Origin: a virus
Lineage: Duplodnaviria; Caudoviricetes
IMG/VR virus record: IMGVR_UViG_3300020432_000004
Direction: 5' to 3' (one strand)
DNA length: 64,000 bases
Below the pieces are notes generated by a model that saw only the letters and a list, made by a program, of their open reading frames with translations, made no database searches and was not told the origin of the DNA. Positions 22,801 through 30,237 of the stretch are shown one piece after another (within the stretch, counting starts at the first letter, position 1; each line of letters starts with the position of its first letter). A program made the position numbers and the translations under genes.

Positions 22801-24348
22801 CTTAACAACCATGATACTGATAGTTTATCAGAAGGTGCTTCAAATCTATACTACACAGAAACAAGAGTACAAAACAAACTTGATAATGCGTTTGCACAGT
22901 TACAAGCAATGTTGAATAATCTTGCTACTACAACTACATTGAAACTTAATCTATCAGGAGATCCAACACCTGGTGCTGTTGTATCTCTTGGATCTATTAC
23001 AGCAAGTGGTCTTGGAGGATTTACTGCAGGAACTGACGTTGCAACTTCTGGATCAGCAACTGGAACTGGATTAACAGTTGATACAACTGTAGTTGATGGT
23101 GCAATTACTGCTGTTGCCTTAAACCAAGGTGGAACAGATTACTTAATCGGAGATACTTTAACAATCACAAATGCTAATGCAGGTGGTGTTGCTACATTGA
23201 ACCTTGGATCATTAGTAACTGGAACTGGTGGATTCAGTAATGCAACTGCTGTTGCAACAACTGGTGGATCAGGAACAGGATTAACTCTTGATACTACAGT
23301 AGATGCATCTGGAGCACTCACAAACCTTACAGTGAACGCTGCAGGAACTGGTTATGCAAATGGTGAAACAATTACACTTACAAATCCTAATGCAGGTGGA
23401 GTAGCTACAACAGATACTCTTGTCGTTGGAACTGGTTATATTGACGGAACTGGACTTGCAACGACTGGTGGTGGGGGAAGCGGTTTGACAGTTGATGTTA
23501 CTACATCAGGTGGTCAAGTAACTGGAGTTACAGTGAACGCTGCAGGAACAGGATATGCTGTTGATGACACCATTACCATAACCAACCCTAATGGTGGTGG
23601 AGTACAAACACTAGGATCTATTGCTACTGCAGGAACAGGATATGCTGATGGAACTGGTATCGCAGTTGTTGGAGGAGGTGGAACTGGATTAACAGTTGAT
23701 CTCACTACATCAGCAGGAGTAGTTACTGGTGTTGCAATCAATGCAGATGGATCTGGTTATGCAGCATCTGACGTTGTTACTATTGTAAATGCTAATGGAT
23801 CAGGTGCTAAGACTCTTGGTTCTATTACAACAGCAGGAACTGGATACTCAGCAGGAACTGGAGTTGCAACAACTTCAGCTGGATCAGGAACTGGTCTAAC
23901 AGTTGATACTACAGTTGATGAAAATGGAGCAATAACTGCTGTTACAATCAATGATGATGGATCTGGTTATGCAGCATCTGAAGTTATAACTATTGCAGGG
24001 GGTAGTGGAACTGCTCAATTTACTGTGTCAGAAATACATGGTAATGGTTGTACAATTCCTATATCTGCTGTATTTGGCAATGATGCAACCTTTGATGTTG
24101 CAAGTGTATTTGTTGATGGTTCTATCAACATTGCTACTGTATTCACAGATGCAACATTCTCACTCGCTGACATCACAGCGATGGAAGTCGGTGCAACTCT
24201 AACAGGAGCAACTAGTGGAACTGTTGGAACTATTACTGCTATGGATAGCAGTTCTGTTACTGTTGATAATGTAGATGGATTCTTCAAAGTAGGAGAAACC
24301 GTTGGTGCTAATGATGTTACTAACTTGACTATTAATTCATTCGGATAA
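16834..24348 (+). CDS. Long tail fibre protein (Mtd-type N-terminal anchor, several repeat blocks)
   Basis: N-terminus RIQLRRG...W...NPTLAQGELGIELDTGRFKIGDG..AWN.L.Y; VTVDAKGRIT and GNADTATALQTARTIGG fibre motifs; G/T/N-rich. Confidence 0.88.
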   Translation: MANRIQLRRGGAQEWANANPTLAQGELGIELDTGRFKIGDGVSAWNTLRYERPVESISNTANTLVQRDADGNFAAGVITATLIGNASTAARLSSTRQITLSDDLSATGTFDGSQNLNLAAELSLVSTLPHYDGTSSSSGTYNKVTVDAKGRITAAQDFTTSNNGTLADYGLDGTVEGASAQPYDLDLVAVAGLTTTGIIARTSGGAMSTRTVTGTAGKIQINNGAGVNGNPTINLITTTVVPGDYNTESLTSVSAVGSNSEPFGTETVNAVKFTVDEDGRLQSSTNVPIATATEGSKYGAFNGATNYVRYNIIETGGKVYQAIQDISSGGVAPTHVDSSDANGWRYLAAAAVEQKGLASFAQEDFDVDSNGHVTIAPAGVDNTQMQNNRIGFADGNTVENFELDQELTATTGYRGFNYLNYVKVNNTSGSLLFGANNTGDSGNGEVDINVRTVFSDPDFMFDGAGTQQIDKTGDGDFNIELTQNTAVDRNLTVSSTNAGSGTSTLTLSAEDVVDIDATAATGKVHIETMRFQADHIGAVGDILIDPNDDRDVSGLVTIRGNLQVDGTTTTVNSTVTTLDDPIITLGGDTAPASDDGKDRGVEFRYYDSQARLGFFGYDDSYADLGGHSGGFRFLYDATNIGEVFTGTDAGVIAGNLKLTTNTNSTSNTTGDLVVAGGVGIGDDVNIGGTVDIDTNLRTRGTTRFDDEVVIQGASKNFIMKNGSGTAKITAGSTTGNITMEGILAVTGNVDVNTDKFNITASSGNTAIAGTLVVSDATTIKADNKFFKIQTAAAADKFTVDTDNGNTVISGELNVNSAVDLDTTLNVDGGATFQDNVTINADNKMFKIQTNGSVDKFTVDSDNGNTVIAGQLNVNSAVDLDSTLNVDNASTFQHNVTINADNKMFKIQNNSNSDKFTVDTDNGNTTIQGTVDIVGNTTLTNNFTVNGSQTTIGNANSDVLTVNADATFTDDLTVNATVDFDSTLNVDGQATFQDNIILNADNKMFKIQTNGSVDKFTVDSDNGNTDIQGTLIVQGQTSIIDSLVINASNENFLIQNGSGVNKFTVDTDNGNTNIVGTITVGSASQINSTLGVTGVTSLTNAADQTITGTYGADGGVRISGGVGITKRLAVGSDARVYGNTTLSGTVDIDNNTDVSGKFNISNTQDATSFADNSVAFTNDGGARITKNTYIGGDLVVYDNTNTRAAFTVTNLTGDGEFHNDLTVGGNLIVNGATTTVNSTVTTLDDPVITLGGDTAPVSNDAKDRGVEFRYYDGSAKVGYFGLDRSSLEFAFLTDATNNSEIFTGTDGALRVGSIHVTGAGQSVDIDSNANIDGTLTVDGQITSQVSSGPALVIPTTDKINNLNADLLDSMTTATANTASTVVNRDSSGDFAANIITVASGTGSGAGIQGNAITADEWKTARTLTVNGVVNGSISINGGSDITLTTTFDDPDITGLSGMTGTGYVVRTAANTFAQRTLQVTGSSGITLTNADGVQGDTTINVASTPNNASDNLVLRDGSGNFSAGEITADLSGNLIANSSTAKTIIPVTDSAWNLGSNSARWLHIYGDNITATDATITNISGDLTGNLVASSSTTKTIVPSQASQWSIGHTTNRYSYVYSDNFIGTTAQVDVNGDLTGNLVASSSTAKTVVPAANSTWNLGATANRWAYVYADTFTGTTGNIDQVNGNLSGNLVASNSSTKNIIPATDSTWNIGSSTNRYAYIYGDSLVATSATIDQVNGDLSGNLVGNSSTTKTVVPVTDSTYNLGSTSNRYAYAYADSFVGDTANIGQVNGDLGGNLTNNSSSAKTIVPAATSTWNLGSTTNRWAYTYSNSFVGTSATIDSINGDLGGNLTNNSSTAKTFVPVQDNTWNLGSTTNKWAYGYINTVNGVTGTFTTLSGDLGGNLTNNSSTAKTIVPVTGSTWNLGSGTNRWAYLYVDTINVANAISANVTGDLTGNADTATALQTARTIGGTTFDGTADITPATATQATNLNNHDTDSLSEGASNLYYTETRVQNKLDNAFAQLQAMLNNLATTTTLKLNLSGDPTPGAVVSLGSITASGLGGFTAGTDVATSGSATGTGLTVDTTVVDGAITAVALNQGGTDYLIGDTLTITNANAGGVATLNLGSLVTGTGGFSNATAVATTGGSGTGLTLDTTVDASGALTNLTVNAAGTGYANGETITLTNPNAGGVATTDTLVVGTGYIDGTGLATTGGGGSGLTVDVTTSGGQVTGVTVNAAGTGYAVDDTITITNPNGGGVQTLGSIATAGTGYADGTGIAVVGGGGTGLTVDLTTSAGVVTGVAINADGSGYAASDVVTIVNANGSGAKTLGSITTAGTGYSAGTGVATTSAGSGTGLTVDTTVDENGAITAVTINDDGSGYAASEVITIAGGSGTAQFTVSEIHGNGCTIPISAVFGNDATFDVASVFVDGSINIATVFTDATFSLADITAMEVGATLTGATSGTVGTITAMDSSSVTVDNVDGFFKVGETVGANDVTNLTINSFG
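19165..20060 (+). repeat. Five ADNK.FKIQ....DKFTVD.DNGNT repeats in the tail fibre (first three at 177-nt period)
   Basis: ADNK codons at 19174, 19351, 19528 and 19828; a degenerate copy near 19969. Confidence 0.85.
21415..22686 (+). repeat. Eight tandem ~53-aa (159-nt) repeats DL.GNL...SS..K...P.....W.LG....RW.Y.Y in the tail fibre
   Basis: GGTGATCTAGGTGGTAA recurs at 22204, 22363 and 22522 (period 159). Confidence 0.9.
22970..24060 (+). repeat. About five G.G.GLTVD.T...G..T.V..N..G.GY repeats in the tail fibre C-terminal region
   Basis: Repeated GTGLTVDTT / NAAGTGYA / DGSGYAAS motifs in the translation. Confidence 0.8.
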
Positions 24349-24354
24349 TAACAA

Positions 24355-25161
24355 ATGTCTGCTACTAGACCCTCAAGTAAAACTGAATTAAAAGACTATG
24401 CCCTTCGTAGATTAGGTTATCCTACGATTGACATAAACGTCGCTACTGAGCAGTTAGATGACTTAGTAGAAGAAGCTATTGATTACTACCAAGAATATCA
24501 TTATAACGGAAGTTATAAAGCATTTCTTAGAATAGAAGTAACCGAAGCAATAAAAAATAATGCACAAGCATACTCTCAAGAAGGTTCTAGTGCATGGTAT
24601 GGAATTAATAATTATGTTGATACTGCACCTGGCACATTAGGTATCAATCATGTATATACAAGTATTGGTGCATCTAGTATAGTACCAGGAAATATTTTTA
24701 ATATTAAATATCAGATATTTTTGAATGACATCTATGCTATGACGCATGGACATATTTTACACTACTTCTTAACCTCACAATATCTTGAAACTCTTGATTG
24801 GATTACTAACTCACAGGCAAATCGTAGAGTAAAATGGAACGAACATCAAGGTAGATTATATCTTGATATGGATTGGAGTGACTTTGAAGTTGGTGACTAC
24901 ATACTAGTAGACTGCACAATGAGGCAAGATCCAGATACATATACAGGAATGTATAATGATAACTGGTTAAAGGATTACGTTGAAGCACTATTCCAACAAC
25001 AGTGGGGTAGGAACTTAAGTAAGTATGATGGGATTCAAATGCTAGGTGGTGTTACCTTAAATGGTAGACAGATCCTAGAAGATGGATCAACTTTCAAATC
25101 AGATCTTGAAAAAGAACTTCGTGATCGTTACGAAATTCCACCTATGGATATAGTGGGGTAA
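24355..25161 (+). CDS. gp13: Neck protein gp13
   Basis: LKDYALRRLGYPTIDINV..EQLDD; QQWGRNLSKYDGIQMLGGVTLNG. Confidence 0.95.
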   Translation: MSATRPSSKTELKDYALRRLGYPTIDINVATEQLDDLVEEAIDYYQEYHYNGSYKAFLRIEVTEAIKNNAQAYSQEGSSAWYGINNYVDTAPGTLGINHVYTSIGASSIVPGNIFNIKYQIFLNDIYAMTHGHILHYFLTSQYLETLDWITNSQANRRVKWNEHQGRLYLDMDWSDFEVGDYILVDCTMRQDPDTYTGMYNDNWLKDYVEALFQQQWGRNLSKYDGIQMLGGVTLNGRQILEDGSTFKSDLEKELRDRYEIPPMDIVG

Positions 25162-25165
25162 TTAA

Positions 25166-26092
25166 ATGGCTATCTCAAACACACCTGCACAAGATTACGT
25201 ACAGTCTGATTATTCTCATAGTGCACGTTTTAAAGCAAACGGTTCTGCACAAGAGCAAAAGTTCATTGAAAACCTAGTAGTAGAAAGCATTGAAATCTAT
25301 GGTCAAGACATATATTATGTTCCGAGGACTATTGTCAACCGCGACACAGTTTTCGGAGAAGATTCTGACGGAAAGTTTGAATCAGCTAAACCAATCAGAG
25401 CCTACGTCAATAATGTCGAAGGATGGGAAGGACAAGGTGAGTTACTTACAAAATTTGGAATACGTATCGAAGATAAGACGACGTTTATATTCTCCCGTGA
25501 AAAGTTTAAAGAAAAAGTGGACGACTCTACAACACTTAATGTCGAAGGACGACCAAACGAAGGGGATCTAATATGGTTTCCTATAACTAAACATTTATTT
25601 GAAATACAATTTGTAGAAGTAGAAAGACCATTCTATCAGTTAGGTAGAAACTTTGTATGGGAATGTCAGTGTGAACTCTTCGAGTACAGTGACGAAGCGA
25701 TTGATACAGGCATTGCAGAACTAGATGCTATCGAAACTGCATTTGCAAATGCTATTACAGTAGGTCTTGCTACTGGTGGTAGCGGTGACTTTACAGCAGG
25801 TGAGACTGTTACAGGTGGTTCATCTAATGTAACTGCTGAAGTTAAGTCTTGGGATTCTGCTACTAGAACTCTTATTGTTATAAATCGTTCTGGAACATTT
25901 ACTGTTCCCGAAACCATTACTGGTGGAACATCTAGTGCGTCTTGGACAACCGCATCTTATAATACTATAGATAATAAGAACATCGAGTACGATCAAAACA
26001 TGGAGTTTGAGACTGCTGATGATGATATTATTGACTTCTCCGAATCTAATCCATTTGGAACTGTTGGAAACACTACTGACTTGACAATCTAA
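25166..26092 (+). CDS. gp14: Neck protein gp14
   Basis: ESIEIYGQDIYYVPR, RPNEGDLIWFP, PFYQLG, DFSESNPFG. Confidence 0.95.
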   Translation: MAISNTPAQDYVQSDYSHSARFKANGSAQEQKFIENLVVESIEIYGQDIYYVPRTIVNRDTVFGEDSDGKFESAKPIRAYVNNVEGWEGQGELLTKFGIRIEDKTTFIFSREKFKEKVDDSTTLNVEGRPNEGDLIWFPITKHLFEIQFVEVERPFYQLGRNFVWECQCELFEYSDEAIDTGIAELDAIETAFANAITVGLATGGSGDFTAGETVTGGSSNVTAEVKSWDSATRTLIVINRSGTFTVPETITGGTSSASWTTASYNTIDNKNIEYDQNMEFETADDDIIDFSESNPFGTVGNTTDLTI

Positions 26093-27123
26093 TGCTAGGA
26101 ACATACGCTTACCACGAAATATTCAGAAAGACCATTGTTGGTTTTGGAACTCTCTTCAATAATATTGAATTGAGAAGACAGAATGAGGTTATGAAAGTTC
26201 CTCTTGCATATGGTCCTAAACAAAAATTCTTAGCACGTTTAGATCAAAACCCTGATCCTACAAATAAAAGAGTACAAATAACATTACCTAGAATTTCTTT
26301 TGAAATTGCAGGTATGAGTTACGATCCTACAAGAAAAGTATCTCCTACTCAAAAGATAAAGATATCAAAAGACGTAGATGAAAATTATAATACTTACATG
26401 CCAGTTCCATATAATTTAGATTTTGAACTAGCAATTATTTCTAAGAACCAAGATGATGGTCTACAAATTTTAGAACAGGTATTACCTATATTCCAACCTC
26501 ATTATAATCTACCAGTCAAGTTATTGTCTGCAATGAAAGAGATAAAGGATGTTCCTGTAGTTCTACAATCTATAGACTATGAAGATGATTATGAGTCAGA
26601 CTTTACTTCTCGTAGAGCAATCATCTATACACTAAGGTTTACTGCAAAAACATATCTATACGGTCCTGTTACAGAACACAAGATCGTCAGAAAGGCAAAA
26701 GTCGATTACTATTCATCTACAAATACAACTACAGCACCAAGACAGGTTCGTTATACTACTACACCAGAGGCATGGACTGATAAGGATGGAACTGTAGTAA
26801 CTACCTTGTCTGCTAATATTACTGCTGCAACTACTAACATTCCAGTTGCAAGTGCAACAGGTGTTGCTAAGTGGGATGATCTTTATATTGGTAGTGAGCA
26901 GATGAAAGTTACTGGTATAACAGGTAATACTGTTCATGTACAAAGAGGTCGAAATGGAACTGTAGCAGCAACTGCAGTAGGTGGAGCAAACGTATTTAAA
27001 CTTGATGCAGCTGATGACGCATTAGTCACTGCTGATGATGATTTTGGTTTCAATGAAACTACATCATTCTTCCAAGACATGAAGAAATACAACCCTGTGA
27101 GTGGTCAAGATGAATCCATTTGA
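26092..27123 (+). CDS. gp15: Tail sheath stabiliser/terminator gp15
   Basis: FGTLFNNI, VPLAYGPKQKFLAR, TLPRISFE, PVPYN, QILEQVLPIFQP. Confidence 0.95.
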   Translation: MLGTYAYHEIFRKTIVGFGTLFNNIELRRQNEVMKVPLAYGPKQKFLARLDQNPDPTNKRVQITLPRISFEIAGMSYDPTRKVSPTQKIKISKDVDENYNTYMPVPYNLDFELAIISKNQDDGLQILEQVLPIFQPHYNLPVKLLSAMKEIKDVPVVLQSIDYEDDYESDFTSRRAIIYTLRFTAKTYLYGPVTEHKIVRKAKVDYYSSTNTTTAPRQVRYTTTPEAWTDKDGTVVTTLSANITAATTNIPVASATGVAKWDDLYIGSEQMKVTGITGNTVHVQRGRNGTVAATAVGGANVFKLDAADDALVTADDDFGFNETTSFFQDMKKYNPVSGQDESI

Positions 27124-27538
27124 AGGACTAGATAAGACTTTCGGAACTGAACCTTCCGAACTTAAAAAACATGTAGAAAAGGTAAAACCATCACTAAAGA
27201 AAAGTGAGCAAGAGGACATAGTAAAAGACTATGAAGCATCTCGTGCTCAACTACATAACTTAGTGATGAAAGGACAGGAGGCAGTCGATGGAATACTTGA
27301 CGTGGCAAGAGCGTCAGATCATCCTAGAGCTTATGAAGTGGCAGGTCAACTTATTAAAAATGTAGGTGATGTTGCTGATAAGTTAATTGATCTTCAATTA
27401 AAAATAAAAGAATTAGATAAAGAGGAGAAGAAAGGACCTACGAATGTTACTAATGCCATGTTTGTAGGTAGCACATCGGATCTTCAAAAAATGTTAAAGG
27501 CACAAAAGAACATAAATAAAGATACTGAAACAACATAG
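27110..27538 (+). CDS. gp16: Terminase small subunit gp16
   Basis: DYE..RAQL..L..KGQEA, SDHPRAYEVAGQLIK, FVGSTSDLQKML; probable start is the ATG at 27110. Confidence 0.93.
   Translation: MNPFEGLDKTFGTEPSELKKHVEKVKPSLKKSEQEDIVKDYEASRAQLHNLVMKGQEAVDGILDVARASDHPRAYEVAGQLIKNVGDVADKLIDLQLKIKELDKEEKKGPTNVTNAMFVGSTSDLQKMLKAQKNINKDTETT
27511..27518 (+). promoter_or_regulatory. Late promoter CATAAATA inside the gp16 3' end
   Basis: NATAAATA upstream of the 27547 ORF. Confidence 0.7.
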
Positions 27539-27546
27539 ACACGACA

Positions 27547-28083
27547 ATGACAGTACTTAATGTATTAAGCACTAACACTATAGCAGCAGGAGCAACTGAA
27601 TATCAGGTGATCCAGACTGGATTCTATAGAGTTGGTTCCACTGCAGGTGCAGCAACTGTAACCTTTGGTAGTGGTCCTGCAATCACACTTGTGCAGAATG
27701 AGTTCATTCTTGTAAAAGGTGGTAAGCCAGGTCAAGCACAAATTATAAAGGCAGTCTCAGATTCTACTGGAGATTACTTTGTTGGACAACATCTACAAGA
27801 TAGTTCTGCCAACCATCCATTCTCTGTAGGAGATTTTATCGCTGTTGTAGATAACGGTACTAGTCCTTCCATAGACAGTAACTTCTTATCAGCAGGAACG
27901 GCAGGTAAAAAAATAACTGCTGCAAATAATGTTAATATGTTAAGCACAGATATTGATTCATCAAGTGCGTCTGCTGATTATACATATTCATCAGGCAATA
28001 AAGCACTAGTTCAACGCTGCGTAAAAATCGCTGCTGCTACCAGTGCGGTTATCGTAGAAGAAGTGCAAGTAGTTGGTGGGTAA
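27547..28083 (+). CDS. Hypothetical protein, probably virion structural
   Basis: Late promoter upstream; beta-rich A/T/G composition. Confidence 0.6.
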   Translation: MTVLNVLSTNTIAAGATEYQVIQTGFYRVGSTAGAATVTFGSGPAITLVQNEFILVKGGKPGQAQIIKAVSDSTGDYFVGQHLQDSSANHPFSVGDFIAVVDNGTSPSIDSNFLSAGTAGKKITAANNVNMLSTDIDSSSASADYTYSSGNKALVQRCVKIAAATSAVIVEEVQVVGG

Positions 28084-28916
28084 TGGAAACCTGTAAAAAG
28101 GGACAATACTATTGTAACACTGATAAAAAGTGTAAACCTATTCCTGATGGACATACAGTTCGTGAAGATGGGTTTCTAGTGAAAGAGGCGAAGAAGTACT
28201 ACGGTGGTAAGAACACTAAACCTAAAGGGTTTGGAACTGACCAACGAGGACCTATCAATCAAGAAGCGGAACGTATTGTTCGTGGTATGAAAGCGAAGAG
28301 TGCAGGTCGTTTTAAAAAATTATATGGGAAACGTGATAAGGAAGTAATGTATGCTACCGCTAACAAGTTGGCACAAAAAGAACAATTAAAAGTTATGTAT
28401 TATCAGGATTTCATCAAATTAGTAGAAGGTAATCCTACAACACGTATGTTAACTAAGTCTAAGACAAAACAGACTGGTAATATAAGTGCTGATAGGGGAT
28501 CTGATGAGAAAACAAATCGAGAAAAACGCAAAGGTCTCGAAAAAGATTTAAAGAAAAAAGGCATTGGTTACAAAAAAGGTGTAGGAGAGTATAAATACAA
28601 ATCCGATGATGGCAAAGAAGGTACAGGTCGTGAGGTTACATACCAAACAAGTCCTGGCAAAGGAATGTCAAAACGTAGATTCGGAAAAGTAATGCGTCGT
28701 TTAGGACGCAAGCATGGTCAAGAGTCAGTCATTACAAAAGACAAAGACAAACCTGCAAGACTACACGATACACAAAGTAAAAAACCAGGCAAATCTGCAA
28801 ATCTAGGGAAATCCAATCCAGGTAAAAATCCAAAGGGCGAAGGCGAGACATCAGGAACCAAAATTAGAAGTGGAAAATTACCAAAAACAAACAAAAAAGC
28901 GTATCACTACAATTAA
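28083..28916 (+). CDS. Lys-rich protein with C-terminal SAM-lyase-like domain
   Basis: ISADRG...N.....L..DL....GVGEY...REVTY...RLGRKHGQESVI pattern; N-terminal CKKGQYYCNTDKKC motif. Confidence 0.5.
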   Translation: METCKKGQYYCNTDKKCKPIPDGHTVREDGFLVKEAKKYYGGKNTKPKGFGTDQRGPINQEAERIVRGMKAKSAGRFKKLYGKRDKEVMYATANKLAQKEQLKVMYYQDFIKLVEGNPTTRMLTKSKTKQTGNISADRGSDEKTNREKRKGLEKDLKKKGIGYKKGVGEYKYKSDDGKEGTGREVTYQTSPGKGMSKRRFGKVMRRLGRKHGQESVITKDKDKPARLHDTQSKKPGKSANLGKSNPGKNPKGEGETSGTKIRSGKLPKTNKKAYHYN

Positions 28917-29001
28917 GAACGCTATAGAAGACCTACAAAAAGAACATGATGAAGGCTGTTGTAAGCAACCGTCTTCAAAGCAAAACAACAAAACCATTTA
29001 G
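28870..29001 (+). CDS. Possible 43-aa hypothetical protein (not in ORF track)
   Basis: GTG start, MENYQKQTKKRITTIKNAIEDLQKEHDEGCC..., fills an otherwise empty gap. Confidence 0.35.
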   Translation: MENYQKQTKKRITTIKNAIEDLQKEHDEGCCKQPSSKQNNKTI

Positions 29002-29012
29002 GTATTTTTGCT

Positions 29013-29020
29013 TATAAATA
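29013..29020 (+). promoter_or_regulatory. Late promoter TATAAATA
   Basis: Exact T4 consensus upstream of the 29046 ORF and the PTOX cluster. Confidence 0.8.
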
Positions 29021-29045
29021 ATTGTGTAATGGAGTTGAAACTATC

Positions 29046-29267
29046 ATGTCCCACTACACGGTTGGTTACCATAATAACCTAAATCAGCATTTTGAAATAT
29101 GCGAGTACGCCGATACCGCATATGACGCAATAGAACACAGTAAAGAGGATGTCTCGTATCTACACGAGCATCCTTCTTTTATTGATTATTGCAAACAAAT
29201 TCCAATCCGAACAGAGGTAGATAACGTCTTCCTTTCTAGGGCATGTGGAATACCAATGGGGTGTTAA
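29046..29267 (+). CDS. Conserved-looking small hypothetical protein (MSHYTVGYH...)
   Basis: GGAG SD upstream of ATG 29046; downstream of the late promoter. Confidence 0.7.
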   Translation: MSHYTVGYHNNLNQHFEICEYADTAYDAIEHSKEDVSYLHEHPSFIDYCKQIPIRTEVDNVFLSRACGIPMGC

Positions 29268-29269
29268 CT

Positions 29270-29374
29270 ATGAAAAATTTACCAATAACATCCTCGTTAA
29301 TTATCTTTGTAACTATAGGCACAGCACTATGGTTTTATCCCCAATACGCTTGGGCACATCCTATATTAGTATGA
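29270..29374 (+). CDS. 34-aa membrane peptide (not in ORF track)
   Basis: MKNLPITSSLIIFVTIGTALWFYPQYAWAHPILV; its stop overlaps the PTOX start (ATGA). Confidence 0.6.
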   Translation: MKNLPITSSLIIFVTIGTALWFYPQYAWAHPILV

Positions 29375-29871
29375 AAAAATTTAATACATGGGTCTTGGAT
29401 ACTACAATCTATATCCTTGACTTTCTCTACAGAGGTAGAGACTTCCAGAGGTTCTGGGTTCTAGAGGTGATAGCAAGAGCACCTTACTTTTCATTTATCA
29501 GTGTGTTACATTTTCGTGAATCATTAGGACTTAGAGGAGAAGAACACATATACTTAATGAAGGAGCACTTCTATCAAGCATTAAATGAGACCGAGCATCT
29601 GGAGGAAATGGAGACTAGGGAGGGCAATAAGTACTGGATTGATCGGTTCTTTGCCAAGCACCTTGTTCTGGTTTATTATTGGATCATGGTTGGGTATTAT
29701 CTCATTGATCCTGTTAACGCTTATGACATCAACATGAAGATAGAGAAACATGCATACGAGACATATACAAAATATAGTGCATGGCATCCAGAAGATAAGA
29801 AGATAGCAGAGATAGCAGAAGACGAATTGAAGCATGCAAAAGAACTACACCACGCAATGTCAATGATATGA
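29371..29871 (+). CDS. ptox: Plastoquinol terminal oxidase (AOX/PTOX di-iron family)
   Basis: RFWVLEVIARAPYFSFISVLH, NETEHL, EKHAYETY, EDELKH; real start is most likely ATG 29371, not 29245. Confidence 0.95.
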   Translation: MKKFNTWVLDTTIYILDFLYRGRDFQRFWVLEVIARAPYFSFISVLHFRESLGLRGEEHIYLMKEHFYQALNETEHLEEMETREGNKYWIDRFFAKHLVLVYYWIMVGYYLIDPVNAYDINMKIEKHAYETYTKYSAWHPEDKKIAEIAEDELKHAKELHHAMSMI

Positions 29872-29972
29872 TCGTCTGGAGTATTGTATGGATGATTGCA
29901 ATACTTGTCATTTGTGTGAGTGTTGTGATATACTACATATTAAGATTCGATCATTTCTGGCCAAATGAATAA
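29868..29972 (+). CDS. 34-aa single-TM peptide (not in ORF track)
   Basis: MIVWSIVWMIAILVICVSVVIYYILRFDHFWPNE; ATGA overlap with the PTOX stop. Confidence 0.6.
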   Translation: MIVWSIVWMIAILVICVSVVIYYILRFDHFWPNE

Positions 29973-30237
29973 GATTTTCATTACATGTATTGTTGGTGCA
30001 ATAGCATGGTGTGCTGCAGCATCAGCAGGAACTCTTATTGATATTGATCGTGAACAATTTTATGATGATCTTTGGGAAGGATATAGAAAGGCAGTCATAG
30101 AAAAAAATATGGAAAATGCCACCCCTGTTGAAGATTCTATAAATAGTGCACTAGAGGATTTTTGGGAGCAAGAACATGGGAGCAATGGTTCCACCAAGTC
30201 GGAAGAGTTGTTACAACTTCCGAGTAGTGTCGATTGA
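29965..30237 (+). CDS. Hypothetical protein with N-terminal signal/TM segment
   Basis: MNKIFITCIVGAIAWCAAASA; overlaps the nuclease gene by 62 nt. Confidence 0.55.
   Translation: MNKIFITCIVGAIAWCAAASAGTLIDIDREQFYDDLWEGYRKAVIEKNMENATPVEDSINSALEDFWEQEHGSNGSTKSEELLQLPSSVD
30138..30145 (+). promoter_or_regulatory. Late promoter TATAAATA for the nuclease and gp17
   Basis: Exact consensus 30 nt upstream of ATG 30176. Confidence 0.7.

Noticed and set aside
29245-29370. N-terminal extension of PTOX in the ORF track
   Set aside because: Overlaps two other ORFs; family similarity starts at MKKFN (29371) with ATGA coupling
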